Assembly: GCA_964658025.1 (NCBI GenBank)
Contig: CAZZXB010000070.1
Span: 1 to 15,713, forward strand
Direction: 5' to 3'
Length of the DNA stretch: 15,713 nucleotides
Source of the DNA: an uncultured Janthinobacterium sp.
Lineage (GTDB): Bacteria; Vulcanimicrobiota; Vulcanimicrobiia; Vulcanimicrobiales; Vulcanimicrobiaceae
Both the position numbers and the translations under genes were made by a program. Below are positions 8,501 to 15,713 of the stretch, piece after piece; the stretch's first letter is position 1; every line of letters begins with the position of its first letter. Below the pieces are notes generated by a model that was not told where the DNA came from, did not search any database, and was given only the letters and a program-made list of their open reading frames with translations.

Positions 8501-10410
8501 TCGGGTGCAAAGAATTCGCGAACGGCGCCGAGATCGCGGACGCGACGCGCGGGCGGGAGCGCGCCGAGGATCGTCGCGCCGTAGCGCATCGAACTCGCGC
8601 GGCCGTCGAGCAGCGCCACGAGCCCGCGATCGGTCTTGGAACGGATGAGTCGGCCGAAGCCCTGTTTGAGTCGGACGATCGCCGAGGGGATCATGAATTC
8701 TTCGAAGCTCCGTCCGCCCGCGGCGTCGATCGCGGCGAGCCGCGCGGCGACGACGGGGTCGCCCGGCGACGGAAACGGCAGGCGGTCGACGATCACGCAC
8801 GAGAGGCGATCGCCGACGACGTCGATGCCTTCCCAAAACGTCGCCGTCGCGAAGAGCACGGCGTTCGGCGTGCTGCGGAACCATTCGAGGAGATGCGCCC
8901 GCGGCAGTTCGCCCTGGACGCGAATCGGAAACGGCACGCGTTCGCGCACGAGCGCGTAGACTTCGCGCAGCCGCGCGTAGGACGTGAAGAGCGCGAACGC
9001 GCGACCGTTCGTGACGTCGAGGATCTCTTCGACGAGCGGCGCGACGCGCGCGGCGAAGTGCGCGTCTTTGGGATTGCAGTCGGCCGGCGCGACGTAGAGG
9101 ATCGCTTGCTCTTCGAATGCGAAGGGCGACGGCGCGACGTACTCCTGCGCGTCGTCGAGCCCGAGCGATTCGCGCAAGAACGAAAACGAACGATCGGTCG
9201 CGATCGTCGCGCTCGTGAGGACGACGCTCTGCGTGCGCGCGAAGAGCGCCGCGCGCAAGTAGCCCGCCACGTCGAACGGCGCCGAGTGGATCTGGTACCG
9301 GCCTTCGCCTTCGCCGCGCTCGACCCAATTGATCGCTTCGTCCTGCGGGAGCGAGGTGCGTTCGATCGTGTTGATGTGCGCGACGATCCCGCGCATCGCG
9401 TTGTCGCGCCTCCGTTCCGCTTCGGCCGGATTATCGGTCGGCCGTTTGAGCGCCGCCTCCCAATTCACGAACAGCCAGTTCTCGAGATCGAAGAACGACG
9501 CGCGGACGCGTTCGAGCGCGCCGATCGCCGCGTCGTTCGCCGCGAGCGGATAGCGGTCGCCCGGAACGCGCGCGAGCGATTGCACGAGCCCGCGCATCGC
9601 CTCGTCGAGCTCGACGTCGTGCTTCGCGGGAAGCGCGTAGTTGCGATGGAGCCGCCGCATCAAGCGGTTCACGCTCGAGCCCGAGATCGTTCCGGTGAGC
9701 GCGGCGGAAGCCCACCGCTCGGCTTGATGCGCTTCGTCGAGGATCGCGAAATCGTACGGCGGCAGGAGCGTGCCGCCCATCGCGAGATCGAGAAAGAAGA
9801 GCGCGTGGTTGACGACGACGACGTCCGCGTAGCGCGCCGCGTCGCGTCGCGCGAAAAAATGGCAGTCGCGAAAACGCTCGCAGAATTCGCCCGTGCAGTC
9901 GTCGGCGTCCGCGTCGAGGAGTTCCCATTCGCCGGGCGTCGGCGCGAACGATAACTCCGCGCGATCGCCCGTCGTCGTGCGGTCCGACCACGCCCACATC
10001 TTCTCCATCGACGCGCTCTGCGCGATGAGCCGCTCGGCGCGCATGCGATCGAGTTTCGCGCGGCAGAGATAGTGGTTGCGCCCCTTCACGAGTTCGACGC
10101 GCGCGTTTATACCGAGCGCTTTCGTGACGAGCGGGATATCCTTGCGCACGAGTTGTTCTTGCAACGCGATCGTCGCCGTCGAGACGACGATCTTCTTCCC
10201 GCTCCGCAACGCCGGAACGAGATACGCGAGCGATTTGCCGACGCCCGTTCCCGCTTCGACGATCGTGTGCGCGCTCTCGAGAAAGCCGCGCTCGACGATG
10301 CGCGACATCTGCACCTGACCCGGGCGCGCTTCGAAACCCGGCAACGCGCGCGCGAGCGGCCCGGACGACGAGAACACGTCTTCGAGCGAGGCGAGCGGGA
10401 CCGAACTCAC
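8497..10410 (-). CDS. yoaA: ATP-dependent DNA helicase, DinG/YoaA family (Fe-S)
   Basis: GTG in a GTGA overlap. GPLARALPGFEARPGQ, Walker A EAGTGVGKS, KGRNHYLC plus three more Cys, DEAH, TSAT, LFTSY, FWEGIDV, LKQGFGRLIRS. 637 aa with no exonuclease domain. Confidence 0.92.
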   Translation of the reverse strand: MSSVPLASLEDVFSSSGPLARALPGFEARPGQVQMSRIVERGFLESAHTIVEAGTGVGKSLAYLVPALRSGKKIVVSTATIALQEQLVRKDIPLVTKALGINARVELVKGRNHYLCRAKLDRMRAERLIAQSASMEKMWAWSDRTTTGDRAELSFAPTPGEWELLDADADDCTGEFCERFRDCHFFARRDAARYADVVVVNHALFFLDLAMGGTLLPPYDFAILDEAHQAERWASAALTGTISGSSVNRLMRRLHRNYALPAKHDVELDEAMRGLVQSLARVPGDRYPLAANDAAIGALERVRASFFDLENWLFVNWEAALKRPTDNPAEAERRRDNAMRGIVAHINTIERTSLPQDEAINWVERGEGEGRYQIHSAPFDVAGYLRAALFARTQSVVLTSATIATDRSFSFLRESLGLDDAQEYVAPSPFAFEEQAILYVAPADCNPKDAHFAARVAPLVEEILDVTNGRAFALFTSYARLREVYALVRERVPFPIRVQGELPRAHLLEWFRSTPNAVLFATATFWEGIDVVGDRLSCVIVDRLPFPSPGDPVVAARLAAIDAAGGRSFEEFMIPSAIVRLKQGFGRLIRSKTDRGLVALLDGRASSMRYGATILGALPPARRVRDLGAVREFFAPD

Positions 10411-11051
10411 GCGTGCGGCCGCGCCGCGTCTTCGGGCGGCAATAATTCCGCTTCTCGCGCTTCGCCCGTCGCGCGATCGACGGCGTACGCGGGGGGCGCC
10501 GGTCGCGCGAAAAAGAGCGCGAAGCCCGCGAAGAATCCGGTAACGAGGCCGCCGAGATGTCCCGCCTTCGAGATGTTCGGAACGGCGAACGTGAACGCGA
10601 GGTTGATCAGCACGATCGGCACGGTCTGCGCGATGAGCGAGCGCCCGCGCGCGCCGAGCCGGACGCCGATCGCGAGCAGCGCACCGAAGAGTCCGAAGAT
10701 CGCGCCGCTCGCGCCGACCGTCACCTCGTCCGGCGCGAAGTAGATGATCCCGAGGCCGCCGCCGACGAGCGCGATCGCGTAGATCGCGAGCATCCGCGGC
10801 GCGCCGAGCATCGCCTCGAGGAACGAGCCGAGCTGGTAGAGCGCGAGCATGTTGAGCGCGAGATGGAGGATGCCGCCGTGCATGAACGCGCCCGTGACGA
10901 TGCGCCACCACTCGCCGTCGGCGAGCACGAATCGCCCGTAGAGCGCGCCGTGCTCGACGAGACTGCGGCTGTCGTCGAAGCGCGTCCCCGAAAGCGTTTC
11001 CCACGCGTACGCGATGACGTTGAGCGCGACGAGAACGACCGTCGCGCTCAC
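10407..11051 (-). CDS. Rhomboid-family intramembrane serine protease
   Basis: GTG in a GTGA overlap. GEWWRIVTGAFMHGGILHLALNM, catalytic GASG, GHLGG; multiple TM segments. Confidence 0.93.
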   Translation of the reverse strand: MSATVVLVALNVIAYAWETLSGTRFDDSRSLVEHGALYGRFVLADGEWWRIVTGAFMHGGILHLALNMLALYQLGSFLEAMLGAPRMLAIYAIALVGGGLGIIYFAPDEVTVGASGAIFGLFGALLAIGVRLGARGRSLIAQTVPIVLINLAFTFAVPNISKAGHLGGLVTGFFAGFALFFARPAPPAYAVDRATGEAREAELLPPEDAARPHA

Positions 11052-11773
11052 GAAGCGGGCGCGACCCTCGCGCGATCGTGCGACGCCGGCGCGGCGCCGT
11101 CGTCGACGTGCGGCACGACGACGACCATCCCGGCGAGTTCGAGCGAGATCGCGTGTTGACGATCGCCGACGCCGATCGTCACGGGACCGCCGAGCGGCGC
11201 GCGTTCCTTGATGACGACGTCGGCACCCGGGCGCAACCCGATCTGCGCGAGATAGCGCAACATCTCGGGGATCTCTTCGCCGACGCCGTGGACGGTCGCG
11301 TGCGTTTCGAGATCGAGCTGCGCGAGCGGAAATCCGGGGCGATCGGGATCGGAGAGATCGCTCGGTGGGATCGGATGACCGTGCGGACAGGTCTTCGGAT
11401 CGCCGAGAAACTCGATGAGTTTTTCTTCGACGCGCGCGGAGATCGCGTGTTCGAGCCGGCACGCTTCGGATTGCACTTCGTCCCACTGCATCCCGAGCAC
11501 ATCGACGAGAAGTCGTTCCGCGAGCCGGTGGCGGCGCACGACGCGGACGCCGACGGCGAGCCCGGTCGGCGTGAGGCGCGCCTCGCCGCGCGCGCGATGG
11601 TCGATGTAGCCCTCGGAGGCGAGTTTTTTCAGCATCCCGGAGACCGACGCCGCGGAGACGCCGAGATCGGAAGCGAGCCCGGACGTGGTGACGCCCGGAC
11701 CTTCGCGTTCGAGACGGTAGATCGCCTCGAGATATTCTTCGGTCGACTCGTCGAAATGCGTGTGCCCGGCCAT
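11048..11773 (-). CDS. DtxR/IdeR/MntR-family metal-dependent repressor with C-terminal FeoA domain
   Basis: EEYLEAIY, SAASVSGMLKKL, RRHRLAERLL, EACRLEHAIS, CPHGHPIP, then a FeoA-like LRYLAQIGLRPG...PLGGP. Confidence 0.93.
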   Translation of the reverse strand: MAGHTHFDESTEEYLEAIYRLEREGPGVTTSGLASDLGVSAASVSGMLKKLASEGYIDHRARGEARLTPTGLAVGVRVVRRHRLAERLLVDVLGMQWDEVQSEACRLEHAISARVEEKLIEFLGDPKTCPHGHPIPPSDLSDPDRPGFPLAQLDLETHATVHGVGEEIPEMLRYLAQIGLRPGADVVIKERAPLGGPVTIGVGDRQHAISLELAGMVVVVPHVDDGAAPASHDRARVAPAS

Positions 11774-11791
11774 GATCCCCGTAATCCTTCG

Positions 11792-12811
11792 CTACGCGCG
11801 CTCGGTTTCCAGGCTCCGGTCGAAGCGTTCGTGGAGCGCGCGTTTGCGGGCGGGCGAGGCGAAGCTCGCATCGATCGCGTTTCGCGCGAGGCGCGCGACC
11901 GCCGCGTCGCCGAGCCACGACGCGACGAGTTCGTATTCGCGCTCGAGCGTCGTCGAGAAGAGTTCCGGGTCGTCGGCGTCGAGGACGCAGACCACCCCGG
12001 CGGCGTCGAGCTGGAGCAGCGGATGGGGCCGGTCGGCCGGAGCCGCACCCGTGAGCCGGTTCGACGTCGGGCAGATCTCGAGCGGGATCTTCCGCCCGGC
12101 GAGCATGGCGACGACGGCCGGATCTTCGAGCGCGCGGACGCCGTGGCCGATCCGTTCGGCACCGAGGATCTCGACCGCATCGCGAACGCTCGCCGCGCCC
12201 GCCGCCTCGCCCGCGTGCGCGACCGCGTGCAAGCCGTGCGCGCGCGCGAAGGCGAAGGCGTCGGCGTACGGTGCGGGCGGGAAGTTCGCTTCGTCGCCGC
12301 CGAGCCCGACCGCGACGACGCCGAGATCCGCCTCGGCGAGGCGGACCGCGACGCGCGCCGTATCGAAGGCGCGCTCGACGCCGAAGTTCCGCGTGAGGTC
12401 GCAGATGAGCGCGATCTCGACATCGCGCGCGCGCGTCGCCGCGTCGAGTGCCTCGCGGATCGCGGCGACGCAGGCCACGACGTCGAGGTCGTGATGGAAG
12501 AACGTCCAGACCGACGGCGAGATGAAGATCTCCGCGTACGCGACGTTCTGCGCGAGCGCGGTCTGCGCGTAGTCGGTCGCGATCCGCGCGTAGTCTTCGG
12601 GCTCGCGGAGCGTCTTACAGACCTCCGCGAACGTGAGCAGAAACTCGCGAAAGGTCGAGAACGCGTAGGTGCTTTCGAGCGGTCCGCTCGCACGATCGCT
12701 CGCGAGGCCGCGCCGCCCGGCGAGTTCGCGAAAGGTTTCGGCGCGAACGGTTCCCTCGAGGTGGCAGTGGAGCTGGACCTTCGGAAGCTCCCGCACGCGT
12801 TCGGGCGTCAT
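11792..12811 (-). CDS. add: Adenosine/adenine deaminase
   Basis: LPKVQLHCHLEGT, GLGGDE, HAGE, ERIGHG, LEICPTSN, DADDP. ATG at 12811 with a GGAAGG RBS. Confidence 0.92.
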   Translation of the reverse strand: MTPERVRELPKVQLHCHLEGTVRAETFRELAGRRGLASDRASGPLESTYAFSTFREFLLTFAEVCKTLREPEDYARIATDYAQTALAQNVAYAEIFISPSVWTFFHHDLDVVACVAAIREALDAATRARDVEIALICDLTRNFGVERAFDTARVAVRLAEADLGVVAVGLGGDEANFPPAPYADAFAFARAHGLHAVAHAGEAAGAASVRDAVEILGAERIGHGVRALEDPAVVAMLAGRKIPLEICPTSNRLTGAAPADRPHPLLQLDAAGVVCVLDADDPELFSTTLEREYELVASWLGDAAVARLARNAIDASFASPARKRALHERFDRSLETERA

Positions 12812-12940
12812 CGCCAGCGCCTTCCGGTGCGTCGGAGCCGTTCCTTTCCCGAAAGGCCCGGAGCCGATCCGACCACGAGCGCTCGCGTGAGCGCGTGACG
12901 GCGGCCGACGAAGGTTCTCGAGCGAACGGCCCTCGCGACC

Positions 12941-12970
12941 TTGACAACCCGTTGCCGACGCGGCTATCAT
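12941..12970 (+). promoter_or_regulatory. Sigma70-type promoter of the tRNA gene
   Basis: TTGACA-N18-TATCAT followed by a GC-rich discriminator, 13 nt upstream of the tRNA. Confidence 0.8.
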
Positions 12971-12983
12971 TCGGAGCGCCCGT

Positions 12984-14393
<1,410 letters not shown>

Positions 14394-14446
14394 CGTTTCG
14401 TGCTCCAGGTAGCGGATGCGAATGGCGATCGGCGCCGCGCGCGCCG

Positions 14447-14626
14447 TCAGGACTTTTTCTTGCGGCGCGTCTTTTTCGGCGGGTTGCGAAAGCGGTCGAC
14501 GCGCGCAGAATTACCGCACGCATCGGAGCAGTAGATCGGCTCGGCTTTACGACTGTGGGCGTTGATGACGCGCTCGGCTCCGATAACGCCGCCGCACCAA
14601 ACGCAGTGATAGATTTTTCCGCTCAT
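14447..14626 (-). CDS. 59-aa stand-alone CGNR-like zinc-finger protein
   Basis: GGAG RBS 5 nt before the ATG. MSGKIYHCVWCGG...IYCSDACGNSARVDRFRNPPKKTRRKKKS: four Cys and a basic tail; YCSDACGNSARVDRFR resembles zf-CGNR (WCSMxxCGNRAKVxRHR). Confidence 0.75.
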   Translation of the reverse strand: MSGKIYHCVWCGGVIGAERVINAHSRKAEPIYCSDACGNSARVDRFRNPPKKTRRKKKS

Positions 14627-14645
14627 TGACGCTCCAAGGGTCTTC

Positions 14646-14678
14646 GTGCTACAAGTCTGTAACACCTACAGCATTACA
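14646..14678. promoter_or_regulatory. Operator-like repeat cluster in the divergent intergenic region
   Basis: Inverted repeat GTGCTACA-agtc-TGTAACAC (7/8 match), followed by cCTACA and GCATTACA, in an AT-rich gap between divergent genes. Confidence 0.5.
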
Positions 14679-14730
14679 AAATCTCATCGCGCCATTTTCT
14701 TGGCACTCTCGACGTCGAAAGGGCATTCGC

Positions 14731-15174
14731 ATGAAGCAGATCCATCCGCCGAATCCGCGCCGCTCCTCGCCAGCCCCCAAGGACCGAAACGCCGTCCGCC
14801 GATCGGCGCTCGAGGCGCTCGTCATCGAGCGTCTCAGTCCTTACTTAGAAGAAAGCAGCGACGAGACGTCGGACGAGGCGACGCTAGCTGCGTGGTCGGC
14901 GGTGTACCGGGCGATCGAAAACGATCCACGAATCGACGCGACAGGCGTGCATCTGGCGAGCCTCACGGCCCACGACGACCCGCAATGCGACGTCGGTTTT
15001 GACGCTGGGTTCGAGCATGGCTTTGCGTTTGCGCTATCGCTCTTGCCGGCGATCGTGCTCGATCCGCTTGATCCAAACGCCGACGCAGGGCCGGCCGTCG
15101 ACGCCGCTCGCGAGAAACTGATCGAAGAGATCTTGATGCGGCGCCGCGTAAGCGGCAGAACGGTCCCGGCTTAG
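14731..15174 (+). CDS. Hypothetical protein (147 aa)
   Basis: ATG after AAAGGG; normal globular composition; contains GFDAGFEHGF (GxxxGxxxG). Confidence 0.7.
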   Translation: MKQIHPPNPRRSSPAPKDRNAVRRSALEALVIERLSPYLEESSDETSDEATLAAWSAVYRAIENDPRIDATGVHLASLTAHDDPQCDVGFDAGFEHGFAFALSLLPAIVLDPLDPNADAGPAVDAAREKLIEEILMRRRVSGRTVPA

Positions 15175-15178
15175 CGCC

Positions 15179-15496
15179 ATGTCAGAGCCAACTTCAGAGT
15201 TCGACCCGATGGCCGTCCTTGATCCGATCACCGTCGCGATCCTTACACTCCGACGAAGCGCTTTCGAGATCGAACGCCGTTTCGCTATCGACGGCTCTAG
15301 CACGAAAGTCGGCGTTGCCCACATGTCAGAGCCGACTTCACAGCTCGACCCAGTAGCCGTCTTAGGCACGAAGACCGTCGCCGTTCTCACTCTCCGTCAA
15401 ACCGAGTTCGCATTACGGAAATTTTCGCGAATGCTGCGAGAAGCATTCGAACCGTCAGGTACTCACCCGGAGGACCGCGCAACGGCAGAGTCATGA
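15179..15496 (+). CDS. Hypothetical protein with an internal 48-aa tandem duplication
   Basis: Starts 4 nt after the upstream stop. MSEPTS... occurs at 15179 and 15323; differences between the copies include many synonymous changes. Confidence 0.7.
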   Translation: MSEPTSEFDPMAVLDPITVAILTLRRSAFEIERRFAIDGSSTKVGVAHMSEPTSQLDPVAVLGTKTVAVLTLRQTEFALRKFSRMLREAFEPSGTHPEDRATAES

Positions 15497-15614
15497 TCGA
15501 TCGGGGATCGACGCTACGAAGCGAACTTCGTTGGAGTGATCTACGGGGCTCGCCGCTGTCAAGCGGGAATCGTTCCGGAGTATCAGGTCACCGAACTTAC
15601 CGCAAAGCGCGCAC

Positions 15615-15644
15615 GGGCTCCGAGCGATCGGGGCTCTTTTCTTT
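15615..15644 (+). terminator. Intrinsic terminator
   Basis: GGGCTCCGA-GCGA-TCGGGGCTC (9 bp with two G:U pairs, GNRA loop) followed by TTTTCTTT. Confidence 0.7.
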
Positions 15645-15689
15645 CGCCGGCTCGGTTGAGCCGCACGGTCCACTCGGCTCTCTCCGGTC

Positions 15690-15713
15690 GCAGACGATGC
15701 AGACGATGCAGAC
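15690..15713. repeat. 9-bp tandem repeat GCAGACGAT (at least 2.7 copies, cut by window edge)
   Basis: GCAGACGAT GCAGACGAT GCAGAC at the window end. Confidence 0.75.

Noticed and set aside
7771..9954. 727-aa plus-strand ORF (and similar long plus ORFs such as 11078-12898, 1503-2696 and 5617-6594)
   Set aside because: Antisense shadows of clear minus-strand genes in very GC-rich DNA; Arg/Ala-rich with no motifs.
8497..11918. Long N-terminal extensions on the helicase (to 11004) and rhomboid (to 11918); likewise accD (to 4295), rsmE (to 5830), divIC (to 2667), S1 (to 2131) and add (to 12970), which could suggest fusions
   Set aside because: The extensions are off-frame readings of upstream genes or non-coding DNA. 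True starts sit at stop/start overlaps or RBS-supported codons (rsmE is discussed as a finding).
14697..14725. TTGGCACTC half-site as a second CIRCE
   Set aside because: The sequence nine nt downstream (CGAAAGGGC region) does not match the GAGTGCTAA arm.
15178..15420. 144-nt repeat as a CRISPR array or a DGR template/variable repeat pair
   Set aside because: Only two copies, no spacer structure, differences are not adenine-specific and follow codon positions; no cas or reverse transcriptase gene in the window.
15493..15713. Plus-strand ORF starting in an ATGA overlap (MIDRGSTLRSELRW...) and open to the edge
   Set aside because: Runs through a good intrinsic terminator and has shadow-like Ser/Arg/Gly composition; not supported, though not strictly excluded.

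Overview
GC-rich bacterial chromosomal segment. Positions 1-12811 are a tightly packed minus-strand gene run, many genes coupled by stop/start overlaps: adenosine deaminase, DtxR-family regulator, rhomboid protease, YoaA/DinG helicase, two tiny unannotated ORFs, TlpA-like disulfide reductase, hrcA (own promoter and CIRCE operator), dnaJ, rsmE, GT2 polyprenol-phosphate mannosyltransferase, accD, accA, DivIC/FtsB, YabR-like S1 protein, RpiR regulator and the 5' end of a Ppx/GppA phosphatase. A divergent initiator tRNA-fMet (12984-13060) is the apparent integration site of a tyrosine-integrase element that runs off the right edge. Most notable: (i) the integrase ORF reads through candidate arm sites, the tRNA terminator and the 3' half of the tRNA, stopping in the anticodon loop; (ii) a stand-alone CGNR-like zinc-finger microprotein occupies the usual repressor position beside an operator-like TACA repeat cluster; (iii) a small ORF is built from a diverged 144-nt duplication; (iv) rsmE and ppx lack a canonical start codon where their families begin, and both have an in-frame ACG-CGG just after the upstream stop. 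All family calls come from motif recognition by eye; no database searches were run.
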